Shown one piece after another: positions 46,998-60,327 of a DNA stretch of 64,000 nt. Position 1 is the stretch's first letter, and every line of letters begins with the position of its first letter. The DNA comes from an uncultured Candidatus Binatia bacterium. Its GTDB lineage: Bacteria; Desulfobacterota; Binatia; UBA9968; JAJDTQ01. The notes below the pieces were generated by a model. The model searched no databases and was not told where the DNA came from. It was given only the letters and a program-made list of their open reading frames with translations. Where the stretch lies: positions 1,312,001 to 1,376,000 of the forward strand of contig OZ243916.1 in NCBI GenBank assembly GCA_965213675.1. Direction: 5' to 3'. A program made the translations under genes and the position numbers.

Positions 46998-47753
46998 TCA
47001 GGCGATGAATACGCGGCCGCCGTCTACGTTGATGAGCTGGCCGGTGATCATGTCGCTGTCGTCGGAGGCGAGGAAGGCCACGACCCCGTCGAGGTCGCTG
47101 GGCAGGAGATGGCGCTCCACGCTGCGCTGCCGCAGCATGTGCTCCGAGGGTGTTTCCAGTGCTTCCCGCGCCTGCGAGGTGTCGACGCCGCCGGGAGCGA
47201 TGGCGTTCACATTGATGTGAAAGGGGCCAAGATCGGTGGCCAGGGCGCGGGTGAGGCCGACGATCCCCATCTTGGACGACACGTACTCGTGGCTGAGCGT
47301 TCGGCCATGGAGCGCCACCCCCGAGCTGATGTTGATGATCTTCCCTTTGGGCGAGTGCTTCATGTAGGGCACCACCGCCCGGGTCGCCAGATACGTTCCA
47401 GTGAGGTTGACCGCGATGATGCGTTCCCAGTCCGCCAGTTTCGACTCTTCGATGGGCACCCGCGGCGTGTTGCGCACGATGCCGGCGTTGTTCACCAGGA
47501 TGTCGATGCTGCCGAAGTAGTCGAACGCCTTTTTTGCGGCCTCCTTCGTCTGCCGCTCCGAGGTCACGTCCATCTCCACCGCCAGGGCCTGACGCCCCTT
47601 GCGCGCCACCAGCCGGGCGGTCCCCTGGACCCCGGCGAAATTCACGTCGGTGGCGCACACCTGGGCGCCTTCCGCGGCAAGCCGCACCGCGTAGGCGCGC
47701 CCCAGGCCCGTGGCCGCGCCCGTGACCAGGGCGACGCGTTCAGCCAGCCGCAT
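46998..47753 (-). CDS. SDR family oxidoreductase
   Basis: TGAATGLG, NNAG, YVSSK, NAIAPG, ITGQLINVDGG. Confidence 0.92.
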   Translation of the reverse strand: MRLAERVALVTGAATGLGRAYAVRLAAEGAQVCATDVNFAGVQGTARLVARKGRQALAVEMDVTSERQTKEAAKKAFDYFGSIDILVNNAGIVRNTPRVPIEESKLADWERIIAVNLTGTYLATRAVVPYMKHSPKGKIINISSGVALHGRTLSHEYVSSKMGIVGLTRALATDLGPFHINVNAIAPGGVDTSQAREALETPSEHMLRQRSVERHLLPSDLDGVVAFLASDDSDMITGQLINVDGGRVFIA

Positions 47754-48318
47754 GGCGCTGCTCCGTATCCCGGCCGGGCAGGTCCGGGTTCGCGCCGCGC
47801 CGTGGCCCGGCGCCCCCTTCCCTCGCGCCCCCTTCCCGGCCGCGGTCCATGTGGCGCCGCTCCAATTCCAGCAGGTGCTCCTTGATCTCCAGGCCGCCGG
47901 CGTATCCCGTCAGGCGCCCGTCCCCCCCGATGACCCGATGACAGGGGATGACGATGGGAATGGGGTTGCGTCCGTTGGCGGCGCCCACCGCGCGCACCGC
48001 CGCCGGCTGGCCCAGGGCGCGGGCCTGCTCGCCGTAGGTACGGGTGGCGCCGTAGGGGATATCGCGCAGCGCGTTCCACACCCGCAACTGAAACGGGGTG
48101 CCGGACGGCGCCAGCGGAAGCTGAAACGCCGTGCGCCGTCCCGCGAAGTATTCGTCGAGCTGGCGCCGCGCCTCCGCCACCACCGTCCCGCCCCGGCTCC
48201 AGCCGTCCTCCGCCGTGCCGGGATGCCGTCCACGGGAGAAGCCGATCCGCGTGAGCGAGGCTTCGTCCGAGACAATCAAGAGAGCGCCCAGCGGACTTTC
48301 CATCCAATCGTAGTACAT
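47740..48318 (-). CDS. ogt: Methylated-DNA--protein-cysteine methyltransferase
   Basis: GTPFQ, IPYG, RAVGAANGRNP, IPCHRV, GYAGG. Confidence 0.93.
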   Translation of the reverse strand: MYYDWMESPLGALLIVSDEASLTRIGFSRGRHPGTAEDGWSRGGTVVAEARRQLDEYFAGRRTAFQLPLAPSGTPFQLRVWNALRDIPYGATRTYGEQARALGQPAAVRAVGAANGRNPIPIVIPCHRVIGGDGRLTGYAGGLEIKEHLLELERRHMDRGREGGAREGGAGPRRGANPDLPGRDTEQRHAAG

Positions 48319-48380
48319 GCTCCCCTCTCTGAGTCGCAAACACGCTTGCGCATCCCCGCGGCCTTTCGGTGGCCGGCCGG

Positions 48381-48995
48381 CTAACCCGCCGCCTTTCGCG
48401 CCTCCAGTTCGGCGGCCTCGGCGGCGGTCTTGCCCCAAAGGGGCGGGTCCTTCAGGTACGCTTCCTCTTCGGGAGTGTTGGTGCGCCCCAGGACCGCGTT
48501 GCGATGAGGGAAACGGCCGAAGCGCTTGATGGCGTCGTGGTGACCCACGGCCGCGCGCATGGAATCCTCGGCGCCGAGGCTGCCGTACAAGACCAGCGCG
48601 CGCTCCTGATCGGCCAGTTGCTCGCTGTGCTCGAACGGCAGGTAGATGAAGGTTCGGGGCCAACGCGACAAACCGCGGTCGTAGCCCCTGTCCAGCGCGT
48701 AGCCGGCCACCGCACGCGCCTTGGGGTCGGTGGCGAAGGCGCGCGGCGTGCCGCGAAAGATGTTGCGCGGGAACTGATCCAGGCACAGGATCAACGTCAG
48801 GCAGTCTTCCGCGTTTTCCTTGAAGTGGTCCAGCTCACCCGCCGCCGCCTGCTCGTGAACCCCGGCGTAGTGCTCGACGAGATACCGGTCGAACTCCGGC
48901 GTGGAGCGAAACCACACCTGGCGCTTCTCCCGCTCCGCGCCGAGGTCCAACGTTTCAAACCAGAAAGCAAGTATTTCTCTGGACAAAGGTTCCAC
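48381..48995 (-). CDS. DUF924 family protein
   Basis: ILAFWF, LDQFPRNIFRG, YLPFEHSE, RFGRFPHRN. Confidence 0.9.
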   Translation of the reverse strand: MEPLSREILAFWFETLDLGAEREKRQVWFRSTPEFDRYLVEHYAGVHEQAAAGELDHFKENAEDCLTLILCLDQFPRNIFRGTPRAFATDPKARAVAGYALDRGYDRGLSRWPRTFIYLPFEHSEQLADQERALVLYGSLGAEDSMRAAVGHHDAIKRFGRFPHRNAVLGRTNTPEEEAYLKDPPLWGKTAAEAAELEARKAAG

Positions 48996-49123
48996 GTGCG
49001 CTCCGTCTATGGGGGGTGCATGCGCGCCGGGCCGCTGGACACTGTGCGCATTTCCAGAGAACCTCCCGGCGCCGGCAACCCGCCCAATTAAATCGGTGCA
49101 AGTCTTGACCAAGACAAACCCAA

Positions 49124-50143
49124 TTGCAACACTGCCGGGGACCTGTCGCAGGCGGGTCAAAATTCGGTGCCCGGGAGGCTGTCACGTTATATTTCGAGGA
49201 CAAGGTCAGGGCCAGTGGCCGCTCGCTGCGGAAGCAGAAGCTCCAGGTGCTCCAGGTGAACATGGGGAAGTACTGCAATCAGTCGTGCTTCCACTGTCAC
49301 GTGGAGGCCGGACCGGGCCGCAAGGAGACGATGGAACGGAACACCGTGGACGACGTGTTGCGGTTCCTCGAACGCTCCGACATTCCCACCTTGGACATCA
49401 CCGGCGGCGCGCCGGAGTTGAACCTCCACTTCGACCACCTGGTGGAGTCCTGCAAGGGCCTCGGGCGACACGTCATGGACCGCTGCAACCTCACGGTCTT
49501 CTACGAGGAAGGAAAGGAATACCTGCCCGAATTCTTCAAGCGCCACCAGGTCGAGGTGATCTGCTCGCTGCCCTGCTACACCCGGGATAACGTGGACAGC
49601 CAGCGCGGCAACGGCACCTTCGAGTTGAGCGTGCGCGGGCTGCAGGAACTGAACCGGCTGGGCTATGGGCAACCTGACACGGGGCTGGAACTCAACCTCG
49701 TCTACAATCCCATGGGCAACTACCTGCCGCCGCCGCAGCCGGAACTCGAAGACGACTACCGGCGCATGCTCGGCGAAGATTTCGGCATCGTCTTCAACCG
49801 CCTCTATTGTCTCACCAACATGCCCATCACCCGCTTCAAGAAGTTCCTCAAGCAGCGGGGCCAATACGATGACTACCTGAAGCTCCTGGAGGAGCATTTC
49901 AACGCCGGCACCGTGGAGAAGGTGATGTGCCGAGACCTCCTGAGCGTGGCGTGGGACGGCTCGGTGTACGACTGCGACTTCAACCAGATGCTCGACATGC
50001 CCTTGGGACAGGTCAACGGAAAGCGCCCTCACATCCGGGAATTCTCCGCCGCCGACTTCGAGGACGAGCCCATCCTGACGGGGAACCACTGCTACGCCTG
50101 CACCGCCGGCACCGGCAGCAGTTGCGGCGGCGCGCTGCTCTGA
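49124..50143 (+). CDS. arsS: Arsenosugar biosynthesis radical SAM protein ArsS (DUF3641); start uncertain
   Basis: QVNMGKYCNQSCFHCHVEAGP, DITGGAPE, YDCDFNQML, HCYACTAGTGSSCGG. Confidence 0.88.
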   Translation: MQHCRGPVAGGSKFGAREAVTLYFEDKVRASGRSLRKQKLQVLQVNMGKYCNQSCFHCHVEAGPGRKETMERNTVDDVLRFLERSDIPTLDITGGAPELNLHFDHLVESCKGLGRHVMDRCNLTVFYEEGKEYLPEFFKRHQVEVICSLPCYTRDNVDSQRGNGTFELSVRGLQELNRLGYGQPDTGLELNLVYNPMGNYLPPPQPELEDDYRRMLGEDFGIVFNRLYCLTNMPITRFKKFLKQRGQYDDYLKLLEEHFNAGTVEKVMCRDLLSVAWDGSVYDCDFNQMLDMPLGQVNGKRPHIREFSAADFEDEPILTGNHCYACTAGTGSSCGGALL

Positions 50144-50229
50144 GCGGCCGGCGACGGAACGTCCCGCACGGATGAGTCGCCGCCTTGGCGCATGTAGCGC
50201 CAGGGGTCCGGCGCGCGCCCCATCCGTCC

Positions 50230-50910
50230 ATGCAACTCTCCATCATCATTCCCGTGCTGAACGAGGAACGCGCCATCGCGGCCACCCTCGCGGACCTGCG
50301 CCGGGTCGAGGCGTGCGAGATCATCGTCGTGGACGGCGGCAGCACCGACCGGACCGCGGAGATCGTGGGCGCAAGCGCGGCCCATCTCGTCGTGGACGCG
50401 CCGCGGGGCCGGGGTGCGCAGATGAATGCGGGCGCGCGGCGCGCCTCCGGAGACGTGTTGCTCTTCCTGCACGCCGACACGCGCCTCCCCGCCAGCGCGA
50501 GCCGGGACATACGGCAGTGCATGGCCGACAGCCGCTGCGTCGGCGGCCGCTTCGATATTCGTCTGGACAGCGCTCGGCCGCTGCTCCGCCTCGTGGGCCG
50601 CATGATCAGCCTGCGCTCGCGCCTGACCCGGGTGGCCACCGGGGATCAAGCCCTGTTCGCCCGCCGCGCCGTGTTCGAGCGCCTCGGCGGCTTTCCCGAA
50701 ATGCCCCTCATGGAAGACGTGGCGTTCTCGCGCGCCCTCAAGCGGACCGGGCGCATCGCCTGTCTCCGCTCGCGCGTGGTCAGCTCCGCGCGCCGCTGGG
50801 AGAAGCAAGGGCCGATACGCACCATCCTGCTCATGTGGGCGCTGAAGCTGCTCTACCTGGCCGGCGTGCCCGCCGGGCGGCTGAAGCGGCTGTACGGTGA
50901 CACGCGCTGA
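50230..50910 (+). CDS. GT2 glycosyltransferase (rSAM/selenodomain-associated, TIGR04283-like)
   Basis: SIIIPVLNE, VDGGSTD, GRGAQMNAG, FLHADT, TGDQA, LMEDV, SARRW. Confidence 0.88.
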   Translation: MQLSIIIPVLNEERAIAATLADLRRVEACEIIVVDGGSTDRTAEIVGASAAHLVVDAPRGRGAQMNAGARRASGDVLLFLHADTRLPASASRDIRQCMADSRCVGGRFDIRLDSARPLLRLVGRMISLRSRLTRVATGDQALFARRAVFERLGGFPEMPLMEDVAFSRALKRTGRIACLRSRVVSSARRWEKQGPIRTILLMWALKLLYLAGVPAGRLKRLYGDTR

Positions 50911-51068
50911 GCGAACCGGCAACGAACGTGTCCGGCGCGACGCTCGCGGCGACGCATGCCCGCGTTCCGGCCCGCTCCGGAGACGCGCCCGGGCGCGGCG
51001 GACCCACTGACGTCGCGGGCCACCGCCAGGCGCACGCTGGCAAGCGATTCACACATCACGGACGAACC

Positions 51069-52394
51069 ATGTCGGTCATCACAGCGCTTTTCCGGCCAGA
51101 GACCCTGCTTGTGCTTCTGTGGGGAAGCCAGTTCGTCAGGATGGCGTGGCCGGGAATGGGGACGGACCACGCGGGCGCGGTCCTCGCGGCGCTGTACCTG
51201 CTGCGAGCGCTTCCGTTGCTGCGCCGCCCGACCCTCCTGCTGTGCGGCACGCTCACCCTCGCCGCCGCCTTGCTCGTCTTCCTCTACGGCGGTCCGGCCA
51301 GCGTCCTCACGGGATTCCAGGCAGCGCCGCTGTTCGCCGGCTTCTTCGGCACCATCGTGCTGTTGCGCGCCACCGGCGACCGGCTCCGCCAGATCCGGCA
51401 GGCGCGCGAACTGTTCGAACGGCTCGAGCCCGACCACCGGCTGGGCGGATTCCTGGTGGGCAGCCACCTGCTGGCGGCGGTGCTGGGCCCGGGCGCCTAT
51501 GCCGTTACGGCTCCCATCATAGGCGAGAGCAAGGTGGCGGAGGAGCATCTTGCCGCCATGCGCGCCTGTCACCGCGGCGGCGGCCTCGCGGGACTGTGGT
51601 CGCCGTTCTGGATCGCCATGGCGCTGTCATCGCAGTATGTGCCAGGGGTGCCCCTGTGGCACATCATGGCGTTGGGCCTGCCCATGGCCGCGTGCGCGTT
51701 GACCGCCGCCCACGTGATCTACGCCAAGGAGCCGGGCCTCACCCTCCTGTGGCGCGCGTTGCAAAGCCTCCACCCCATCGTGCCGCCGGTGGCGCTATGC
51801 GTCCTGTCGGTGGCGGTGGTGTCGGGTGTAACGGTCCTGTCCGGACTGGAGGCGCTGATCGTGAGCGTGCCGGTGCTGTGCGCGCTGGCGTTCCTGGGAC
51901 GGCGCGGGCGCGACCTCGCGGCCACCCTGGCCGACACCTACCGGGGCACGGCCCACGTCGGCAACGAGGTGGCCATCCTGACCCTCTCGCTGGCCCTGGG
52001 CGGCGTGATCCGCCACATGTTCGCCCAGACCGGCGTTACCGCCTGGATCGGCGCCCTCGATCTGCCCGCCATGGCGGTCATCGCCCTCGTGATCGGCGTC
52101 ACTGCCGTGGCCGCCCTCGCCGGTGTGCACCAGGTGGTGACCGTGTCGCTGCTGCTGACGGTCTTCACCGAGCTTCCGGTGCGGGTCGCGGATCTCGTGC
52201 TCATCGAAAGCACCCTCGCGGCCTGGTCGTGCTCGGCCATGATCGGGGTCTCCTCCATCATGGTCGCCACCGCCACCACCCTGTTCCGCGTTCCACTGAG
52301 CCAGGTCATTCTCGGTCCCAGCCTCCGGTTCACCGTCCTTTTCGCCGCTGGCGCCACCCTCGTGCTGACGGGCGTGAACGCGCTGCTGATGTAG
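51069..52394 (+). CDS. Polytopic membrane protein, probable transporter
   Basis: About 12 hydrophobic segments; RGGGLAGLWSPF. Confidence 0.7.
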   Translation: MSVITALFRPETLLVLLWGSQFVRMAWPGMGTDHAGAVLAALYLLRALPLLRRPTLLLCGTLTLAAALLVFLYGGPASVLTGFQAAPLFAGFFGTIVLLRATGDRLRQIRQARELFERLEPDHRLGGFLVGSHLLAAVLGPGAYAVTAPIIGESKVAEEHLAAMRACHRGGGLAGLWSPFWIAMALSSQYVPGVPLWHIMALGLPMAACALTAAHVIYAKEPGLTLLWRALQSLHPIVPPVALCVLSVAVVSGVTVLSGLEALIVSVPVLCALAFLGRRGRDLAATLADTYRGTAHVGNEVAILTLSLALGGVIRHMFAQTGVTAWIGALDLPAMAVIALVIGVTAVAALAGVHQVVTVSLLLTVFTELPVRVADLVLIESTLAAWSCSAMIGVSSIMVATATTLFRVPLSQVILGPSLRFTVLFAAGATLVLTGVNALLM

Positions 52395-52605
52395 GCGCGC
52401 ACGGCTGCGCCGCGCCCCCAAGGGTTTCCGGATCCAGTGATCCCGGACAAGTCAGACCCCGGATCGAGTCGGAGATGACCGCAGGCAGGTCCGGGATGAA
52501 GCAAGGGCAAGCCCGGGACCACCGGCGCCCTGGCAACTTTGACCGTCCGGCGACCGATGTGTTAGTGTGCTGACTCCACCGGACCTTGTGTCCACGGGAA
52601 CTTGC

Positions 52606-53898
52606 ATGGAATCGAGCCCACAGCAGGACATCGTCGCAAAGCACCGGGAATACCTGTTCTCCTGCGTCGCCAACTACTATGAAGAGCCGCTGGTGGTGGA
52701 CCACGCCAAGGACTCGCTGGTCTACGACGTGGACGGGCGCGAGTACCTGGACTTCTTCGGCGGCATCGTCACCATCAGCGTGGGCCACTGCAACGACACG
52801 GTGGTGGCCGCCATCGAGGAGCAGATCCGCAAGGTCCAGCACACATCCACGCTCTACCCCACCGAGCCCCACGTGCGCCTGGCCGAAAAGCTTGCGGCCA
52901 TCACGCCCGGGGCGCTGCGGAAGTCGTTCTTCACCAACAGCGGCACCGAGGCCAACGAGACCGCGGTGCTGGTGGCGCAACTCTACACCCGCTCCCACGA
53001 CGTCATCGCATTGCGCCACGGCTACAGCGGCCGCACCCAACTGGCCATGAGCCTTACCGGGCACTACACCTGGCGCCTGACCCCCACCGCAAGCCCGAAC
53101 ATTCATCACATTCCCAACGCCTATTGCTACCGCTGCCCGTTCGGGCTCACCTATCCCAGTTGCGACCTCAAGTGCGCCAGAGACCTGGAGAGCGCCATCC
53201 AGACGGCCACGTCCGGGAAAGTAGCCGCCTTCATCGCCGAGCCCATCCAGGGGGTCGGCGGCTTCATCACGCCGCCGCCGGAGTATTTCCGGGAAGTGGC
53301 CGACATCGTGCACAAGTACGGCGGTCTGTTCATCTGCGACGAGGTGCAGACCGGCTGGGGCCGCACCGGCGGCAAGATGTTCGGCATCGAGCAGTGGAAC
53401 GTGGAGCCGGATGTCATGACCTTCGCCAAGGGCATGGCCAACGGCGTGCCCATCGGCGGCACCATCACCCGCCCGGAGATCGCCGACAGCGTGCAGGGCC
53501 TGTCCCTCTCCACCTTCGGGGGCAATCCGGTGACCTGCGCCGCGGCGCTGGCCACCATCGAGGTGGTGGAGAACCAGGGACTGGCGGCCAACGCGGCAGA
53601 GCGCGGGAAGCAGCTCCGGGAGGGTCTGCTGGGTCTCCAGCAGAAGTACCCGCTCATGGGCGACGTTCGCGGCATGGGGCTCATGCAGGCCGTGGAAATG
53701 GTGGGGCCGGACAAGGCCCCGAGCCCGGAAGCCGTGGCCCGGCTGTTCGAGCTGACCCGGCAGAACGGCCTGCTCATCGGCAAGGGCGGACTCATGGGCA
53801 ACGTGATCCGCATCACCCCGGCGCTCACCGTCACCAGGGAACAGGTGGACGAGGCGCTGGAGCGGCTGGACCGGTCGCTGGGACAGATGGGACTATAG
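52606..53898 (+). CDS. Class III PLP aminotransferase (AGXT2-like)
   Basis: YLDFFGGI, NSGTEANE, AEPIQGVGG, DEVQTGWGRTG, AKGMANG, TFGGNP. Confidence 0.92.
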   Translation: MESSPQQDIVAKHREYLFSCVANYYEEPLVVDHAKDSLVYDVDGREYLDFFGGIVTISVGHCNDTVVAAIEEQIRKVQHTSTLYPTEPHVRLAEKLAAITPGALRKSFFTNSGTEANETAVLVAQLYTRSHDVIALRHGYSGRTQLAMSLTGHYTWRLTPTASPNIHHIPNAYCYRCPFGLTYPSCDLKCARDLESAIQTATSGKVAAFIAEPIQGVGGFITPPPEYFREVADIVHKYGGLFICDEVQTGWGRTGGKMFGIEQWNVEPDVMTFAKGMANGVPIGGTITRPEIADSVQGLSLSTFGGNPVTCAAALATIEVVENQGLAANAAERGKQLREGLLGLQQKYPLMGDVRGMGLMQAVEMVGPDKAPSPEAVARLFELTRQNGLLIGKGGLMGNVIRITPALTVTREQVDEALERLDRSLGQMGL

Positions 53899-54035
53899 AA
53901 CGTGTCGTTCGTAAATCGTTCGTGCTTCGACTTGACTTGGCGGACCCGATCCCGAGCCCTTCGGCACGCTCAGGGCAGGCTCGCCGGACGCCCCGGAACA
54001 AATCGCGCCGCGCGCGTTCACCGGAGACATGACGG

Positions 54036-55024
<989 letters not shown>

Positions 55025-55028
<4 letters not shown>

Positions 55029-55864
55029 TGGGCTGGCGGCGCTACACGAAGGTTATCAGCGGCGGCATCATCGTGCTGGTACTGTGCATCTGCGGTTTGG
55101 GAGCACCCCTGCTCGCGCCGTTCGACCCCCAGGAACAGAGTCTGGAGCAGCGCCTGCGGCCGCCGTCGCTGGACCTGGGCGCCAACCCGCACCTCATGGG
55201 CACGGACAACCTGGGACGCGACCTGCTGAGCCGGGTCATCTATGGATCGCGCATCTCGCTCATGGTGGGAGCCGCCACAGTGTTCCTGGCCGGCATACTG
55301 GGTTGCTTTCTGGGCGCGGTGGCGGGCTACTTCGGAGACATGATCGACGAGATCATCAACAAGACCACCGAGATCTTCCTGGCGTTCCCGTTCCTGCTGC
55401 TGGCCATCGCCATCATGGCCTTCCTGGGCCAGGGCCTGGTGAACCTCGTCATCGCGCTGGTGCTGAGCCGTTGGGTGCAGTACTGCCGGGTGGTCCGGGG
55501 CGAGGTATTGTCGCTCAAGGAACGCGAGTTCGTGCAGGCCGCCCGGGCGCTGGGGGCCAGCAACCACTACATCATCCTGCGCCACGTGATCCCCAACACG
55601 CTGCCCAGCGTCATGGTCATCGCCACCTTCGCCATGGCCGTGGTCATCATCACCGAGGCGAGCCTGAGCTTCCTCGGCCTGGGCGTGCCGCCGAGCATCC
55701 CCACCTGGGGCTCCATGCTGAGCGAGGGCCGCAGCTACATGTACCGCGCCCCCTGGCTCACCATCTTCCCCGGCATCGCCATCTTCATCACCGTCCTGGG
55801 CATCAACCTCCTCGGCGACGGCCTGCGCGACATCATCGATCCCAAGCTCACCCGTTCCCGTTGA
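55025..55864 (+). CDS. Peptide ABC permease DppC-like
   Basis: GTDNLGRD, EFVQAARALGAS, EASLSFLGLG, WGSML, GDGLRD. Confidence 0.92.
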
Positions 55865-55949
55865 AGACGCCGTTCGTTGCGGACGGGATACACGCGCGCA
55901 GCCTGCCCGAAACCCACTCCGCCGGCTCGCACGGCGCCTCATTGAACGC

Positions 55950-55979
55950 AAAAGGCCCCCCTCCACCAGGAGGGGGGCC
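55950..55979 (-). terminator. Intrinsic terminator hairpin
   Basis: GGCCCCCCTCC-ACCA-GGAGGGGGGCC 11-bp stem, followed by T4 on the minus strand; lies between convergent genes. Confidence 0.75.
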
Positions 55980-56014
55980 CCCAACGTCCGAAAGCCCGAG
56001 GGCGGGCAGCCCCG

Positions 56015-56503
56015 CTACTTCGGAAACTTGCCCGGGTCACTACGGCCCAGCAGGGCCTGCCCCACGACATCGACCCACTTGATGGACGCCTCGTCCATGA
56101 TCTTGGCCTCCCCAGACCCCGGGTAGTGCGCGCAGAACGGACTCGCCGGGTCCGCGGTGATGCCGTCGCCTGCGGCCACGCGCATCAACCGGCAATCCAG
56201 CGACTCCCACCAGGCGCCGACGCTGTCGAAACCACCCTTGCCGTAGATGGACGCGGCCGCGGCATCCACCAGCTTCTTCGTGTCGCCGGCCAGCTTGCCG
56301 TAGGGCTTCTTGGCCGCCTTGGCCTGTGCCTCCGTCGCCTTGTCTCCGTGCAGTGCGTTCACCATCTGCTCGGGACTCAACTTGTTCCACCAACGCATAG
56401 CCGAGCCCTCGTCCGCCAGCGCCGCGGGAACCGCAGCAAACGCAAGGGCCGCGCCCACCCCCAACGCCACCAGCCACCGTCCGTATCTGCCATCACTCAA
56501 CAT
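56015..56503 (-). CDS. Secreted hypothetical protein
   Basis: AGGAG RBS, Sec signal ending ALA-DE, GC3-rich codons. Confidence 0.75.
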   Translation of the reverse strand: MLSDGRYGRWLVALGVGAALAFAAVPAALADEGSAMRWWNKLSPEQMVNALHGDKATEAQAKAAKKPYGKLAGDTKKLVDAAAASIYGKGGFDSVGAWWESLDCRLMRVAAGDGITADPASPFCAHYPGSGEAKIMDEASIKWVDVVGQALLGRSDPGKFPK

Positions 56504-56715
56504 CGTCTCTCTCCTTTCGTGAAACGCCCCCATCAAAACGCCCCTTCAGCGGACTCCAAACCTCCAGGAAACCGGGAATTGCGTCCCGCCCGGGGCTGTC
56601 AGAACTATGGCATACCCTACCCGAGTTTCAACCGAACCGCCGCGCCCCGAATCCGGACGTGGCAAGATGGCATTCCGGCCTCCTTTGTCATTTCCGCGAA
56701 CACGACCGGAGGGTG

Positions 56716-58545
<1,830 letters not shown>

Positions 58546-58611
58546 CGAACTCCGCTCCAGCGGAACGCCACCTGCGCCGCCGCGCAAGGGAAACGAGTCA
58601 TGCGGGACACG

Positions 58612-60267
58612 TCAGTGGATGAGATCGCCCTTGCGCGCCTCGCCGACCATGTAGTCGCACACGCGGAAGGCGTTGGCCTCGATGGTGAGGGTGGGATTCA
58701 GCCCGCCGGAGGTGACGAACACGCTGGCGTCCATCACGAAGAGATTGGGCACGTCGTGGGAACGGCACCACTTGTCCACCACCGAGGACTCGGGGTCGTC
58801 GCCCATCCGGCAGGTGCCCATCTGATGGTTGTGGAGCTTTCGTGTCTCGGGCTTGGGCACGATGATCCGGGTGGCGCCCGCGGCTTCGTAGATCTCCCGG
58901 GAGCGCTCCCCCAGGTAGGTGGCGAGGCGGACGTCGTTCTCGTGGCTGGTGTAGGTGATGCGCGCCACGGGCAGGCCGTAGCAGTCGGTCAGGTCCGTAT
59001 CCAGATCCACGGCGTTGCTCTCCACGGGAAGGCTCTCGCCGGTACAGTGGCTGTGCAGGTAGTGGCGCCAGGTGGCGCGCATGGAGTCCTTGTGCTCCTG
59101 GCCCCAGCGTTTGCCGTGGATGGGCCGCAGCGCCAGCTCGATGGGGTCGCCGCCGTGGGCGCGGGGGTGCATGAAGCCGCCGCGTATGAAACCCCGGCTG
59201 GAATCCGTCTTGTAGAAGTCCTGCAGCACCCGCGTGCTGGAGGTGCCCTTGTGCCCGTCCAGCGGCTCGGGGAACGTCACCACCAGGGTCACCCCCGGTG
59301 AGTGAAACATGAGGTTCCTGCCCACCAGGCCACTGCGGTTGGCCAGACCCTGGGGGAAGCGGGCGGACTCGGACATGAGCAACAGGCGCGCGGTCTCCAC
59401 GCCGCCCGCGGCCATCACCACCAGCCGGGCCGGCTGGTGCTCCTCCTCGCCCTCGCCGTTGAAGTAGGTGACGCCCGAGGCTCTGCCGTTCCGGTCCAGG
59501 GTAATCTCCCGCGCCAGGCACAGCGGACGGATCTCCAGGCGGCCGGTGGCCAAAGCCTTGGGCAGCATCGACTCCAGCGTGCTGGACTTGGCCCCCACCG
59601 GACAGCCGTAGGCCGAGCACATGCCTTTGCCGATACACCCGGGCCGGCCGTCGTAGTCGCCGGTGAGGATGGCCAGGGGCGTGGGGAACGGATGCAGGCC
59701 CAACTTGCGCGCGCCCCGCTCCAGGGCCGCGCCCGGGCTGTTGCGCGCCGCCGGCCCCACCGGGTAGTCGCGCTTGCGCGGCGGATCGAAGGGGTTGGAC
59801 CAGCCCTGCCCCGAGATGCCCACGGTCCATTCCGCCTTTTCGTAGAAAGGCTCCATCTCCTCGTAGGTGATGGGCCAGTCCTCGATGGTGGTCCCCGCCA
59901 CCGGACCGTCCTCGGACTTCACGCGGAAGTCCGATTCGTGAAAGCGCCAGGACAGGCCGCTGTAGTGGATGGTGCCGCCGCCCACGCACATGGCGTTGGA
60001 AAAGGTCTGGGTCTTGGTGGACAGGACCTCGGCCGGGGTGTCCCCGTCGGGCCGCCAGGTGCGCGGCTCCAGTTCCACCGTGGGCCAGAAGAAGTTGCGC
60101 CGCTTGTACAGAAGCTCGTCGCCCAGGGCGAAGTCCTCGCGCTTGTACCAGGGGCCGCGCTCCAGCACGCACACGGTCATGCCCGCTTCGGCAAGTTCCT
60201 TGGCCGCCACCAGTCCCGACGCTCCGCCTCCCACGATGCAGACATCCACCGTCTCGCGCTGTGCCAT
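58612..60267 (-). CDS. GMC family flavoprotein oxidoreductase
   Basis: VGGGASG, VGGGTIHY, DWPITYEE, C..GMCSAYGC cluster, HQMGTCRMG, NPTLTIEA. Confidence 0.92.
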   Translation of the reverse strand: MAQRETVDVCIVGGGASGLVAAKELAEAGMTVCVLERGPWYKREDFALGDELLYKRRNFFWPTVELEPRTWRPDGDTPAEVLSTKTQTFSNAMCVGGGTIHYSGLSWRFHESDFRVKSEDGPVAGTTIEDWPITYEEMEPFYEKAEWTVGISGQGWSNPFDPPRKRDYPVGPAARNSPGAALERGARKLGLHPFPTPLAILTGDYDGRPGCIGKGMCSAYGCPVGAKSSTLESMLPKALATGRLEIRPLCLAREITLDRNGRASGVTYFNGEGEEEHQPARLVVMAAGGVETARLLLMSESARFPQGLANRSGLVGRNLMFHSPGVTLVVTFPEPLDGHKGTSSTRVLQDFYKTDSSRGFIRGGFMHPRAHGGDPIELALRPIHGKRWGQEHKDSMRATWRHYLHSHCTGESLPVESNAVDLDTDLTDCYGLPVARITYTSHENDVRLATYLGERSREIYEAAGATRIIVPKPETRKLHNHQMGTCRMGDDPESSVVDKWCRSHDVPNLFVMDASVFVTSGGLNPTLTIEANAFRVCDYMVGEARKGDLIH

Positions 60268-60327
60268 CGATTCCTCCACTGAATGACCCTTGCCCTGCCC
60301 GCTCACCCGCGCGCGCGGCGGGGACAA

